Positions 1 through 10,855 are shown, numbered from the stretch's first letter. The stretch is 64,000 nt of DNA from Candidatus Sericytochromatia bacterium (GCA_040400605.1 JBBAPZ010000003.1:170577-234576); one strand, 5' to 3'. Made by a program: numbers and translations. The notes: generated by a model from the letters alone, not told the origin.

Positions 1-1527
1 CCGGGTGCGGCGTTCGAACCAGTCCCGCAAGGCGTATGCCGATTCATGTCGCACGGAATAAACCAGCTCCGCCGGATAAACAGGAATGAAAGAACCACCA
101 AAGGGCTTGGCCCAGTCTGGATTTTCGTTGAGAATGTCACGTAATTGTGCAAAGTTGGTCCCATAACGATTGGCCAGAACGCGAACCGTTTCAAGGGGCA
201 GGGTCCGGGTCTCGCGCTCGCATTCCTGAACGAAGGCATCGAATGGGCGGCCGCCCAATTCGCTGCCTGAAATTGGCGCCGTTTCGATACGGGAAGGCGG
301 GGCTTTGCGATCGCCAAGAATCCGCTCAATGGCTTGACAGGCCATTGTCCGGTACCCTGTCAGCTTCCCGCCAGCAATCACAAAAAATCCACTCAGCGGC
401 TCAAACACAACGTGCTCCCGCGACACCTGTGACGCTCCCAAGCCTGCCTGTGACGGCGCGATGAGCGGTCGCCAACCAGCGAAACGACCAATCACATCCT
501 GAGAGGTCAGCTGGCTGTTCAGAACCTGGTTCGCCGCATCCAGCACATAGGCTTCTTCCGCCTCGCTCACGGTGACATCCTCATCAAGATAGTGAAAATC
601 CCCGCTGGGTCCATCGTAATCCGTATCCGTCGTGCCGATGATCGTGCGCCCGCCCCAAGGAATCACGAACATCACCCGGGGTTCACGCTCCGACGGCGAG
701 CACGAACGCATGACGATGGCCTGTTCGGTGAGTTGACGATTCACAACCACATGGACGCCCTTGGTTGGACGCAAATGCAAAGGCGCGTCTGGCAACACCA
801 GACGAGTAACGGCGTCCACCCAAGGACCAGCAGCGTTGATCACCTTGCGCGCACGCAACGTTTTTTCTGCACCTGCAAGATGATCCCAAACACGAACATG
901 CAACAAGCCGCTGGCCCCCGGCCGTGTCACCCCCAACACCTCCACATAGTTAAACGCGCTCGCATTGCAAGCCACCGCTGACTTCAAGGTCTCAATCACC
1001 AAGCGCGCATCATCCGTAATGCCATCACAATAGGCAAATACCCCTGATAACCGCTCCGCGCGCAATGCTGGCGCTGCCGTGATGGCTGCTTGCCGATTCA
1101 ACCAGCGATGAATTCCCGACCGGCCCCGCGAAGCGAAATTGGCCAGACAATCATACAAAGTGAGCCCCACATTGACGACCCAACCGCGATCATATCCGCC
1201 CCGCACAATCGGGAAAAAATAAGTCAGACGCCTGGCGACATGCGCCGCATCCTCAAACAGGCGATCGCGTTGGGCCAACGACTCAAACACCAGCCTGAAC
1301 TGCCCCTGCTCCAAGTAACGCACCCCACCGTGCAACAACTTCGAACTTTTCGAACTCGCGCCTGACGCAAAGTCATTCTTTTCAAGCAGCATCACACGCA
1401 ATCCGCGCATCGCGCCTTCCCACGCAATACCTGCTCCGACAATGCCGCCACCGATGATCACCAAATCGTAATCAATTCCACAAACACCATCATCCAACTG
1501 TTTTCGCTCGAACATCACATCAGCCAT
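1..1527 (-). CDS. glpD: FAD-dependent glycerol-3-phosphate dehydrogenase/oxidase (3' end runs off the window)
   Basis: Not in the ORF track. Manual translation from ATG 1527 gives MADVMFERKQL..YDLVIIGGGIVGAGIAWEGAMRGLRVMLLEKNDFASGASSKSSKLLHGGVRYLEQ, the typical GlpD N-terminus; later ..IIGTTD.. motif. Confidence 0.9.
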   Translation of the reverse strand, partial: MADVMFERKQLDDGVCGIDYDLVIIGGGIVGAGIAWEGAMRGLRVMLLEKNDFASGASSKSSKLLHGGVRYLEQGQFRLVFESLAQRDRLFEDAAHVARRLTYFFPIVRGGYDRGWVVNVGLTLYDCLANFASRGRSGIHRWLNRQAAITAAPALRAERLSGVFAYCDGITDDARLVIETLKSAVACNASAFNYVEVLGVTRPGASGLLHVRVWDHLAGAEKTLRARKVINAAGPWVDAVTRLVLPDAPLHLRPTKGVHVVVNRQLTEQAIVMRSCSPSEREPRVMFVIPWGGRTIIGTTDTDYDGPSGDFHYLDEDVTVSEAEEAYVLDAANQVLNSQLTSQDVIGRFAGWRPLIAPSQAGLGASQVSREHVVFEPLSGFFVIAGGKLTGYRTMACQAIERILGDRKAPPSRIETAPISGSELGGRPFDAFVQECERETRTLPLETVRVLANRYGTNFAQLRDILNENPDWAKPFGGSFIPVYPAELVYSVRHESAYALRDWFERRTR

Positions 1528-1852
1528 ATCCCTATGTTACCTGATGAAGGTCCCTTCGCACCCCTCTCGGTAAAGCAAAAACCAGGAATCAACAACCGTT
1601 CCCCAAACCGCTTGAGCGTTTCCAAAAGCACGGGATCGCTTAAGACAAGAAATCCGCTCAATCAAGTCACTGCCTTATCAATCGCAAGCAGTTGCGCCAG
1701 GAAACCATCAGTTTCGGTTGTCAGACGAAGTACACGCAAACACACATCAAATGCGCGTCTCAAACGCTTCCCGCCTTGATCGCACATCACACTGGCGTCT
1801 CAACGTGAGGCGCAACCATTCCGCTTAAAACAAGCCAGTCGTTCCACCCATG

Positions 1853-1889
1853 ATCGATCGAGATCATCTCAGCCATGATCTCGATCGAT
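1853..1889. repeat. Perfect 15-bp inverted repeat with 7-nt loop, GATC-rich
   Basis: ATCGATCGAGATCAT (1853-1867) / ATGATCTCGATCGAT (1875-1889). Confidence 0.85.
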
Positions 1890-2322
1890 GACACCAGATG
1901 ACTCGTTACATCGCTTAACATTTTGACACTGACTCGACTCAGGCGTTCCGTGATAGAGGTGCGTAAAATCACATCCTGGTGCGTATCAGCCTCAAATGCA
2001 CCGACGGGTCAACCACTCCCGTTTGATGTCAAGTCTTGACCGCGTGCGACATAACACGCTTGATCGGTCTTTCGACACAATGTTAACTTCAACAAGGCAA
2101 CGTTTGGATTGGGGTGGCCCACGCAGTCGGCGCCAGTCACATCAAGGATGATGGACACTCGCGATTGTTCGGACGCAAGTTCAAAACCGATCGCGACTAA
2201 AAAAAATCAATCCGGTTTACGGTGCTTGGCAAAACGTTTTGAAACAGGGCCACCCGCCTGGTGGGTCTGAATCAAGACACGGTTGGGACTCAGGAACCCA
2301 GGTCTTTAAAAAACGTATAGAC

Positions 2323-2353
2323 AAAAAAAAGCGGCCGCCAGGCTGACGGCCAC
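2323..2353 (-). terminator. Rho-independent terminator
   Basis: Minus strand GTGGCCGTCA-GCC-TGGCGGCCGC (10-bp stem with two G-U pairs) followed by T8. Confidence 0.8.
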
Positions 2354-2368
2354 CTCTCAATAGGTCAA
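2323..2368 (-). ncRNA. Putative small counter-transcribed (antisense) RNA, ~45 nt
   Basis: Lies between a minus-strand sigma70 promoter (2374-2402) and a hairpin plus U8 terminator; no ORF; antisense to the leader of the HTH gene. Confidence 0.55.
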
Positions 2369-2373
2369 TTTTG

Positions 2374-2402
2374 AGTGTAGCACGCCTGGCAACCGCTGAC
2401 AA
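2374..2402 (-). promoter_or_regulatory. sigma70-type promoter
   Basis: -35 TTGTCA (2402-2397), 17-nt spacer, extended TGc plus -10 TACACT (2379-2374). Confidence 0.7.
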
Positions 2403-2447
2403 GGGGTTGCGTTCATTTTTTGAAGCAGCCCGTAGAAAGTGCTGCTT

Positions 2448-3182
2448 ATGTTCTCACTGTTTGATGCGCTGTCTGAAGCGCGTAATTTGGGTTGGAATCT
2501 CTCGACGATGTTGGTTAAAGCATATGTAGATGAACGGGGTATGCATCCAGTGGGATTGATTGCGGATGCGTGCGCGTTGTCTGTTCGAACGGTTGAACGG
2601 GCATTGGCAGTGTTGAAACAGGCGTCGTTGTCAGAAAAATCGGTTTTGACAACTTTGTCGCATGAACATGACAAACATAACAAAATTAATAAAAGCACCA
2701 CGACAGAGATGGCGTGCGCGACACATCCTGACAAGGCAGGTTTGTCGGCTACTTGGGCAACGGACCCATTGGCTGAGCGCTTGCTTGCGTGTGAGGTGTT
2801 GCCGTGGTGTGTGGAAATCATTATGACGCGGGTGCAACGGGAGGTGATTGAGCGTCAGCTTGATGCGCACGCATGGCGTTTGAAAACCGGTTATCCTTTT
2901 AAGTCGCATCCGGCGCGTTTTTTATTTCGCGCGTGTTTGAACGATTATGCGTTGCCCGATGTTCGTACCGCGGTTGCCAGCGAGCCTCAAGCGCGCGCCT
3001 TACCTGAACCAGCGCCTGCGATTGGTGCGACGATGACGCGGGAGGGTGCCTTGAATGTCATTCGGATGGGGTTGCGTTCGCGCTTGCCCGTGATGCGTGA
3101 AGAAGCGTTGCGGCTTGCGCGGTCGTGGGACATTGATGTGTCACTGTTGCGCGGTGCGGCGTTGACGGGTGCGCTGGCTTAG
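2448..3182 (+). CDS. HTH protein resembling a plasmid/phage replication initiator
   Basis: HTH IADACALSVRTVERALAVLK, low-complexity linker HEHDKHNKINKSTTT, helical C-terminal domain ending HPARFLFRACLNDY. ORF track start is GTG 2439; ATG 2448 is preferred. Confidence 0.55.
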   Translation: MFSLFDALSEARNLGWNLSTMLVKAYVDERGMHPVGLIADACALSVRTVERALAVLKQASLSEKSVLTTLSHEHDKHNKINKSTTTEMACATHPDKAGLSATWATDPLAERLLACEVLPWCVEIIMTRVQREVIERQLDAHAWRLKTGYPFKSHPARFLFRACLNDYALPDVRTAVASEPQARALPEPAPAIGATMTREGALNVIRMGLRSRLPVMREEALRLARSWDIDVSLLRGAALTGALA

Positions 3183-3407
3183 ACTCATATCGCCGGGTGA
3201 TTTGGCCGTAACCACGGTGTTTGAACCGGCAGCGAGTGTCCGTCCCTGAACTGCTCGCAGTGCTTTGATAGCCTTGAGCATGCGGCAACGCGTGGTTTGG
3301 TGATTGGCTGTTGGGCTGGCGCCGGGTCTCGGCACGCGTTTTCCTGATGTTTTGCAGCCAATGCAAACCTTTTGAACGGAAACCGATGCGTCACCGGATA
3401 ACGCTTG

Positions 3408-4085
3408 TCACGTGGTAGGGCTGTTGGTCTGCTTGGATTGCGTGCACAGATGGGGGGATTGTCGTTGCAGGGCGGCTGGGGCGAGTTGGATTAGGCGATC
3501 GACGACATCGTCAAGCACGTGGTTGTGGTCGGTGATGTGATTGAGGCTTGTCATGACCGTGGCGTCTAGCCCACAGGGGTTAAGCATGCGAAAGGCTTGC
3601 AAGTCTGTTGAGACGTTGAGCGCGAGACCGTGATACGTGACCCAGTGGCTGACCGCGATGCCCACCGAAGCGATTTTGGATGAACCAACCCACACGCCGG
3701 TCAGTTGGGGGTGCCGGTGCGCGGTAATCGCATAGGTGTCAAGCAACGTGATGAGCCAGCCTTCCAGGCGTCGCAGATACGCATGCAGGTCCCGTTCGTG
3801 CGTTTGGAGGCGCAAGAGTGGGTAAGCCACAATTTGTCCGGGACCGTGGTAGGTTGCATCGCCGCCGCGTTCGATAGCCTGAACGGGTACGTTGCATGAC
3901 CCATGGACATTCGTATTGGCGTTTTTCTTACGGCCCAGGGTGATGATGGGATCGTGTTCAACGACCAGTAGGGTATCGGGGGCGAGGCCATCTCTGATGG
4001 CGATTAACAAATCGCGTTGGCGTTGCCAGGTGACGCCATGGGGTTCGCGGCCGAGCCATTGGATGTCAAGTGGTGCGGTAGGCAA
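3408..4085 (-). CDS. lipB: Lipoyl(octanoyl) transferase
   Basis: VEHDPIITLG, RGGDATYHGPGQIVAYP, KIASVGI, HGLALN, PCG motifs; TTG start at 4085 with GGAGG RBS. Confidence 0.93.
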   Translation of the reverse strand: MPTAPLDIQWLGREPHGVTWQRQRDLLIAIRDGLAPDTLLVVEHDPIITLGRKKNANTNVHGSCNVPVQAIERGGDATYHGPGQIVAYPLLRLQTHERDLHAYLRRLEGWLITLLDTYAITAHRHPQLTGVWVGSSKIASVGIAVSHWVTYHGLALNVSTDLQAFRMLNPCGLDATVMTSLNHITDHNHVLDDVVDRLIQLAPAALQRQSPHLCTQSKQTNSPTT

Positions 4086-4233
4086 ATGGGGCTTCCTCCG
4101 GGAAGTGTAACGGATAGCAGATTTTAGCATTCCTGGCTGACTGATTTGCCAATCCTGATGGAACGGGGGTACGATGAAAGCTGATTCCGTTGGGCTCATC
4201 GATAGATGAGTGTCGTAGGTGGGGAGCTGATTT

Positions 4234-7047
4234 GTGAACGCTGACACCAGTTCTTTGTATGCGGGCAACGCGGCCTTTGTTGAGGCCTTGTATGAGACGT
4301 ATTTGTTGGATCCCCAAGCCGTAGATGGCGTTTGGCGGCAATATTTCGATACCTTGCGTGCGGGTCAGTCTGGGCCGGAAGTGCCGCATGCGCCGATCCA
4401 GGCTGCATTCGTGGCCCAAGGCCGTGCGGTGGGTGTACGGCGGGACGGGGGGGGGGCACGTCCAAACTTTGGTTCGTTATTCGACGCTTACCGTAGCGAT
4501 GGTCATCAGGTGGCGCGAATCAGCCCGTTGTCGTTGCGGCAGGCGGTTGCGGTGCCGGAGTTGGAGTTGGGGCATCATGGCTTGAGTGAGCGTGACTTGG
4601 TGCAGGCCGTTGACGATTCGCGCAGTCGGGATTTGGGGACAACCGCGAAGGAGGCAGTGGCGAATGCGCGGCGCATTTATTGTGACAGTGTTGGTTACGA
4701 ATACATGCATTTGCCGCGCGTCGAGCGCGAGTGGTTGCGCGAGCGGATTGAGCGGTCGGGCGGGCGGGCGGTGTTGACGTCTGGACAGCAACGGCGGATT
4801 TATGAAAAGTTGGTGGCGGCGGAGGGGTTGGAGCGTTATCTGCATCAGCGTTATGTGGGGCAAAAGCGCTTTTCGCTGGAGGGTGGCGACACCTTGATTC
4901 CTGTTTTGGATCACCTGTTCGATCGTGCCGGGGTGCAGGGCGTTCAAGAGATTGTGATGGGGATGGCTCATCGGGGTCGCCTCAATGTGTTGATCAATGT
5001 CATGGGCAAGCCGAGCGGCGAATTGTTTGAGGAGTTTGAAGGCAGGAAGGTTTATCCGGAGGAGTTGGCCGGGGATGTCAAATACCACTTGGGCTTTTCA
5101 TCCGATGTTGAGACTGCCGGTGGGCCCGTTCATCTGTCGTTGGGTTTTAATCCGTCGCATTTGGAGCTGATCAATCCTGTCGTCGAGGGGTCTGTGCGCG
5201 CGCGTCAGGACAGGCGGGAGGATACGCAACGCGTGAAGGTGCTTCCTGTGCTGATTCATGGTGATGCGGCGGTAATTGGTCAAGGCGTCGTGACTGAGAC
5301 CTTGAATCTGTCGCAGTTGCGTGGCTATGCCACCGGCGGTTCGATTCATATCGTTATCAACAATCAGGTGGGTTTCAGTATCAGTGATCCGCAAGATGCC
5401 CGTTCGAGTCGGTATTGTACGGACGTGGCCAAGATGGTTGAAGCGCCTGTTTTTCATGTGAACGGGGATGATCCGGAGGCAGCCATTTTTGTGACTGAGT
5501 TGGCTTTGGCGTATCGCCAGACTTTTCACAAGGATGTATTCGTGGATCTGGTGTGTTTCAGACGCCATGGCCACAATGAGTCGGATGAACCGCGTGCCAC
5601 ACAGCCTGGCATGTATCGTCAAATTGATGCCCACCCGGGGGTTTGCGCGCGCTATGGTGGGCAACTGCAGGCACTCGGGGTGCTGACGCCTGCGGATGTT
5701 GCTGCGATTGCCAGCGCTTACCGTGATGCATTGGATGCGGGTAAGGTGGTTGCTGCTGCGAAAGAGACTGTGGGGCGAATGAACAGAGGGGTGGACTGGG
5801 AGCCGTTTTTGAGCCTTGATTGGCGTCCCCCGGCTCACAGTGCCGTATCTGTTGCACGTCTGCAGGATTTGGGCCGTGCGCTGACCAGCTTGCCCGATGA
5901 TTTGGTTCTGCATCCCCGTGTGGCGAGTGTCATCAAGGCACGGCGGGAGATGGTTGCGGGTGGTGCGTCTATTGATTGGGGTTTTGCTGAGAATTTGGCT
6001 TATGCTTCTTTGTTGACTACTGGTTTCCCGGTTCGTATCAGCGGGCAAGACAGTGGCCGGGGTACATTTTTTCATCGGCACGCGGTGTTGCATGACCAAC
6101 GGGAGAATGATTTGCCTGAGGGGCGTTGTTATGTACCATTGAGGCACTTGGCTGAAGGGCAGGCGCGTTTTGAGGTGATTGATTCGGCGTTGTCGGAAGA
6201 AGCGGTATTGGGTTTTGAGTATGGATATACCAGCAACGAACCGAATGCCTTGGTGATTTGGGAAGCGCAGTATGGGGACTTCGCCAATGGTGCGCAGGCG
6301 GTGATCGATCAATTCATCAGTGCGGGCGAATCGAAATGGCGTCGCTTGTCGGCGCTTGTCATGATGTTGCCTCACGGTTATGAGGGGCAGGGGCCCGAAC
6401 ACTCATCAGCGCGCCTTGAGCGTTTCTTGCAGTTGTGTGCGGAGCAGAACATGCAGGTGTGTGTTCCGAGCACACCGGCACAAATGTTTCATCTGTTGCG
6501 GCGTCAATTGTTGCGTCCGGCGCGGAAACCGTTGGTTGTCATGAGCCCGAAGAGCATGCTGCGGCATCGACTGTCGGTGTCGACGTTGGAGGAGTTGGCG
6601 TCAGGGGGATTTGATGAATTGATCCCCGAGTCTCGGGCAATCGAGGGTATGACGCGTGTCGTTTTGTGCAGTGGGAAACTTTATTACGACTTGTATGAAG
6701 CGCGCGACAAGCATGGTTTGGCCAATGTCGCATTGGTGAGATTGGAGCAGTTGTATCCTTTCCCGTCGGGCGCTTTGACCCGGGAGCTTGCGCGTTTTCC
6801 AAAGGCGGAGGTGGTTTGGGCGCAGGAAGAGCCCCATAATCAGGGGGCCTGGCTGTCAATCCAGGAGGATCTGCGGGCCTGCCTGGGTGCGGGACAAACC
6901 TTGTTGCCTGCGACGCGTCCACGTGCTGCGTCGCCCGCCGTTGGTTATGCCAGCAAGCATGCGGTGCAGCAGCAAGCGTTGATTCAGGGCGCGTTGGGAT
7001 TGGTGCCTGTTCTGGCTGCCACTGCAGTGTCTGCGGCGGCGACTTGA
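4234..7047 (+). CDS. sucA: 2-oxoglutarate dehydrogenase E1
   Basis: [61 protein letters not shown]. Confidence 0.97.
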   Translation: MNADTSSLYAGNAAFVEALYETYLLDPQAVDGVWRQYFDTLRAGQSGPEVPHAPIQAAFVAQGRAVGVRRDGGGARPNFGSLFDAYRSDGHQVARISPLSLRQAVAVPELELGHHGLSERDLVQAVDDSRSRDLGTTAKEAVANARRIYCDSVGYEYMHLPRVEREWLRERIERSGGRAVLTSGQQRRIYEKLVAAEGLERYLHQRYVGQKRFSLEGGDTLIPVLDHLFDRAGVQGVQEIVMGMAHRGRLNVLINVMGKPSGELFEEFEGRKVYPEELAGDVKYHLGFSSDVETAGGPVHLSLGFNPSHLELINPVVEGSVRARQDRREDTQRVKVLPVLIHGDAAVIGQGVVTETLNLSQLRGYATGGSIHIVINNQVGFSISDPQDARSSRYCTDVAKMVEAPVFHVNGDDPEAAIFVTELALAYRQTFHKDVFVDLVCFRRHGHNESDEPRATQPGMYRQIDAHPGVCARYGGQLQALGVLTPADVAAIASAYRDALDAGKVVAAAKETVGRMNRGVDWEPFLSLDWRPPAHSAVSVARLQDLGRALTSLPDDLVLHPRVASVIKARREMVAGGASIDWGFAENLAYASLLTTGFPVRISGQDSGRGTFFHRHAVLHDQRENDLPEGRCYVPLRHLAEGQARFEVIDSALSEEAVLGFEYGYTSNEPNALVIWEAQYGDFANGAQAVIDQFISAGESKWRRLSALVMMLPHGYEGQGPEHSSARLERFLQLCAEQNMQVCVPSTPAQMFHLLRRQLLRPARKPLVVMSPKSMLRHRLSVSTLEELASGGFDELIPESRAIEGMTRVVLCSGKLYYDLYEARDKHGLANVALVRLEQLYPFPSGALTRELARFPKAEVVWAQEEPHNQGAWLSIQEDLRACLGAGQTLLPATRPRAASPAVGYASKHAVQQQALIQGALGLVPVLAATAVSAAAT

Positions 7048-7078
7048 ACCGGGTTTAGGATGCGGCATTTACGTAGGA

Positions 7079-8263
7079 GTGGCCATGATCGTTGAAGTCA
7101 AGGTTCCCGTTTTTTCGGAGTCAGTCAGTGAAGGCACCTTGCTTGCCTGGGCCAAGCCATTGGGTGCGCGTGTCGAACGGGGTGACAAGCTGATTGATAT
7201 TGAAACCGATAAGGTGGTGCTAGAAGTTTTTGCCCCGCAGTCCGGTGTTTTGACGGCGTTGATGAAACAGGAAGGGGATGTGGTCACGGCGGAAGAGGTT
7301 TTGGCCGCGATCGATACGGCGGCTGCGGCCGAACCGGTGGTTGCCGCGGCGGTTGGTCAAACCGAGGCATCGGCGACGGAGGCCTCAGCTGGTGTTTTGG
7401 AACGGTCGGGTCCGGCGGTGCGTAAGTTGCAGGCGCAGACGGGAGTCAATCTGGAGCAGGTGCCGGCGACCGGCAAGGATGGTCGGGCAACCAAAGGGGA
7501 TGTTTTGGCACATCTGAATACGCCGGCGCCGGTTGAAGCGGTGGCACCGGTTGTATCGGGTGTTCGCCCGTCCAAGCGCGTTCCGATGACCCGTATTCGT
7601 GCGCGGATTGCGGAGCGTTTGAAGGAAGCACAGAACACGGCGGCATTGTTGACGACCTACAATGAAGTTAACATGCGGTCAGTGATGGCGTTGCGCAAGC
7701 AGTATCAGGATGCGTTCACCAAAAAGCACGGCATCAAGCTCGGGTTTATGAGCTTTTTTGTCAAGGCTGCGGTCGAGGCGTTGAAGCAGTATCCCGTATT
7801 GAATGCGTCGGTGGATGGCAAAGACATCATTTACCACGGTTTTTATGATATCGGGATTGCAGTGGCGAGTGAGCGCGGGTTGGTGGTGCCGATTGTGCGG
7901 GATGCGGATCAGCTATCCCTTGCGCAAATCGAGAAGGCGATCGCCGGTTATGCTGCCAAGGCCCGGGACAACAAGCTGACCTTGGATGACATGGCGGGCG
8001 GAACTTTCTCCATCACCAATGGTGGAACATTCGGCTCGATGCTTTCCACCCCCATCTTGAACCAGCCGCAAAGCGCGATTCTTGGCATGCACAACATCGT
8101 GGAGCGCCCTATCGTTGAAAATGGTCAGATTGTGGCGGCACCTGTGATGTATTTGGCGCTTTCTTATGATCACCGCATCATTGATGGTCGAGAAGCGGTG
8201 CTGTTTTTGGTCAGCATTAAAAATGCTTTGGAGGATCCGGCGCGGATGCTTTTGGATATCTGA
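7079..8263 (+). CDS. sucB: Dihydrolipoyllysine succinyltransferase E2
   Basis: Lipoyl domain ETDKV, E3-binding [12 protein letters not shown], catalytic SYDHRIIDG. Confidence 0.97.
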   Translation: MAMIVEVKVPVFSESVSEGTLLAWAKPLGARVERGDKLIDIETDKVVLEVFAPQSGVLTALMKQEGDVVTAEEVLAAIDTAAAAEPVVAAAVGQTEASATEASAGVLERSGPAVRKLQAQTGVNLEQVPATGKDGRATKGDVLAHLNTPAPVEAVAPVVSGVRPSKRVPMTRIRARIAERLKEAQNTAALLTTYNEVNMRSVMALRKQYQDAFTKKHGIKLGFMSFFVKAAVEALKQYPVLNASVDGKDIIYHGFYDIGIAVASERGLVVPIVRDADQLSLAQIEKAIAGYAAKARDNKLTLDDMAGGTFSITNGGTFGSMLSTPILNQPQSAILGMHNIVERPIVENGQIVAAPVMYLALSYDHRIIDGREAVLFLVSIKNALEDPARMLLDI

Positions 8264-8360
8264 CCCAGATTGGCTTTCGGGTAGCCGGCAACCGGCTGCC
8301 CATTCCGCTTGAACTTGATGAATGGGCCCGTGATGACATTCGCGAGTCTTGAATGAGGCA

Positions 8361-9776
8361 ATGAACGTGGCACAAACTTTTGACGTTGTGGTGATCGGTG
8401 GTGGACCGGGCGGCTATGTGGCGGCCATTCGGTGTGCACAGTTGGGTTTGAGTACTGCTTGTGTTGACGCTGGGCGCAGCCCGCAGGGGCAGGTGAGTCT
8501 GGGTGGAACGTGTCTGAATGTCGGGTGTATTCCGAGCAAGGCGTTGCTTGATTCGTCCGAGCAGTATGAAAAGCTGAAAGAACTGGGTCATCACGGCATT
8601 GAAGTGAGTGGCGTCGAGTTGAATCTATCGCGGATGTTGGCACGCAAGGATGCGGTCATTGCAAAAATGGCCGGTGGGATTCAGGGATTGTTCAAGAAAA
8701 ACAAGGTGACTTCCTACTGTGGGGTTGGTCGTTTGCAAGAGCGTGCAGGTGATCGGTGGCAGATTGCAGTGGGTGAGGAGACGTTGCACGCGACGCATGT
8801 GATCGTCGCCACGGGTTCTGTGCCGCGTCCGTTACCCTTGGCGCCTTTTGACGGAGAGCGCGTGGTGGATAATGCGGGGGCGTTGGCTTTTGAAACGGTG
8901 CCCAAGCGTTTGTGCGTGATTGGTGCCGGGGTGATCGGTGTCGAACTCGGCAGCGTTTGGCGGCGTTTGGGAGCAGATGTGACGATTTTGGAGGCAGCGC
9001 CGAGTTTTTTGGCGGCTGCTGATGAGGCGATCGCCAAAGAGGCGCTCAAATACCTGACGCAACAGGGATTGCAATTCAAGTTTGGTGTGGCAATTGAGGC
9101 TGTCAGTTCTGATGCCGATGGCGTGCGCGTGCGCTATGGCCATGAGGGCCAGCCTTGCGAGTTGGTTGCGGACAAGCTCATCGTTGCAATTGGGCGTCTT
9201 CCCAACACGGCCGGCTTGGGTGCCGACGCTGTGGGATTGGAATTGGATGATCGTGGTTTTGTTAAAGTGTCTCACTGGCGGACCAATTTACCGAACGTCT
9301 GGGCGGTCGGTGATGTCATTGGTGGGGCGATGCTCGCGCACAAGGCAGAAGAAGAGGGTGTGGCTGTCGCTGAACTGATTGCCGGCCAGGCGGGGCACGT
9401 TAATGAGGCGGTGATTCCGTGGGTAATTTATACCTCGCCTGAAATTGCGTGGGTCGGGCAGACGGAACAGGCGCTCAAGGCAGCTCAAGTACCCTATCGA
9501 ACCGGCAGGTTTCCGTTTGCGGCCAATGGACGCGCGCACGGTCATAACGACACGCGTGGTTTTATCAAGGTTTTGGCACATGAGTCATCGGATCGCATCC
9601 TGGGTGTGCATATGATCGGGCCGAACGTTTCGGAATTGATTGGAGAGGCCGTGACGATGATGGAGTTTGCGGCATCAAGTGAAGACCTTGCTCGCACGAT
9701 TCACGCGCATCCGACCTTGTCTGAAGTGCTAAAAGAAGCCGCTCTGGCGGTCGACAAGCGCGCAATTCACGCGTGA
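8361..9776 (+). CDS. lpdA: Dihydrolipoamide dehydrogenase E3
   Basis: [34 protein letters not shown]. Confidence 0.97.
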   Translation: MNVAQTFDVVVIGGGPGGYVAAIRCAQLGLSTACVDAGRSPQGQVSLGGTCLNVGCIPSKALLDSSEQYEKLKELGHHGIEVSGVELNLSRMLARKDAVIAKMAGGIQGLFKKNKVTSYCGVGRLQERAGDRWQIAVGEETLHATHVIVATGSVPRPLPLAPFDGERVVDNAGALAFETVPKRLCVIGAGVIGVELGSVWRRLGADVTILEAAPSFLAAADEAIAKEALKYLTQQGLQFKFGVAIEAVSSDADGVRVRYGHEGQPCELVADKLIVAIGRLPNTAGLGADAVGLELDDRGFVKVSHWRTNLPNVWAVGDVIGGAMLAHKAEEEGVAVAELIAGQAGHVNEAVIPWVIYTSPEIAWVGQTEQALKAAQVPYRTGRFPFAANGRAHGHNDTRGFIKVLAHESSDRILGVHMIGPNVSELIGEAVTMMEFAASSEDLARTIHAHPTLSEVLKEAALAVDKRAIHA

Positions 9777-10312
9777 TAATTGCGCATCCGATTGCCTGTT
9801 CGTTCATCAAACGGTGCTTTCGCAGCAGTCGGTGGGAGCAAACAGGACTGCCTGGTTGTTGTTATAACGTCGCGCATCGGTTGCTGTTCAAAACTGTTTC
9901 GCAGTGTCAAAACATCAGGCATTCTCGCGCTATTAGGCAACATCACTCAACGTTTGATCACCAATCAACGCTTTTCGATATGACATTATCACCCGGCTTC
10001 AACAGTCAATCTGCGGGTTCTTGTGATTGCCCCAATGGAGTCGTTAATTTACACCGTTCGTCGGGTAAGCTAGGTCAAGCAGAGCAACCTTGCAAATTTT
10101 ACAACGCATCGGATTCAACGACGCTGAAGAGGAACGTGAATGATTTGCCCCTTGATGAGTTATGCTGCCAATTTGGTGGAGTGTCAGCGTGAAAAATGTG
10201 CCGTGTGGGATAAGCGCGAAGAGGCTTGTGGCTTGGTGTCGGTTGGCGCACGGGTGCAGGACGGTTTGAGCGATCTAGTGATGACCTTAAACGAGATCAA
10301 GGTCAAATTCTG

Positions 10313-10348
10313 AAAAAAAACAGACCCCTCTCCACAGTGGAAAGGGGC
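10313..10348 (-). terminator. Rho-independent terminator after the 10367-11179 small genes
   Basis: Minus strand GCCCCTTTCCAC-T-GTGGAGAGGGGT inverted repeat followed by CTG and T8. Confidence 0.8.
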
Positions 10349-10366
10349 GTTAAAACCGGTTGCGTC

Positions 10367-10855
10367 TTAAACGTCTATCTCTGCTCCAAACCGGTGGCGC
10401 ACAAGCACAATGAAAGGGTTGTCCGGTTCCGGTGTCGGTTGTGAACTCAGTAACAGCTGATCGTTGACATTCAGTGCAGTGCCGCGATCCGAATCGGCTT
10501 CGCCCGGGCGCCCATTAAGAACCCGTGTATCAGCATCCGAATAAGATGCTGCGCCACGGCTGCCATCTGAGAGCGTGACAGGCGGAATTAACTGACCTGC
10601 AGCCGAAGCGTCCAGTGGCAAGCGACCGTCAGTGCTGTTTCCGACATTCAACATTTGGCACTCAGTTTCAATCTAGCGACCGGGTTTGCCATTGGGAAAA
10701 TGCTTTTCGTGCATCTTGCGCGCTGTCTCGTGCAATAGCTCGAAGGTAGGATCCGCCATGATGCGTTTCGCCAAATTCTCAATGTGACGCTGGTTGCTTG
10801 CCGAATTCGACAACTTCTTGGTTCCAGGTCGCCCGTCAATTTTTGCTTTTTCCAC
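10367..10855 (-). pseudogene. Hypothetical gene split by one in-frame TAG (10673-10675), or two tiny genes
   Basis: ORFs 10673..10855 and 10367..10654 share a frame (TAG-IETECQ-M); AGGAG RBS before GTG 10855; terminator just downstream. Confidence 0.45.

Noticed and set aside
147..1365. Plus-strand ORFs in the track over 147-1365, and similar long antisense ORFs (5098-6402, 30124-31002, 48081-49874)
   Set aside because: Shadow frames opposite well-supported genes (glpD, sucA, SMC operon, diguanylate cyclase).
4447..4456. G10 homopolymer in sucA as a phase-variation switch
   Set aside because: The frame is intact in a core metabolic gene, the tract encodes a Gly linker in a G-skewed region, and there is no evidence of variation.
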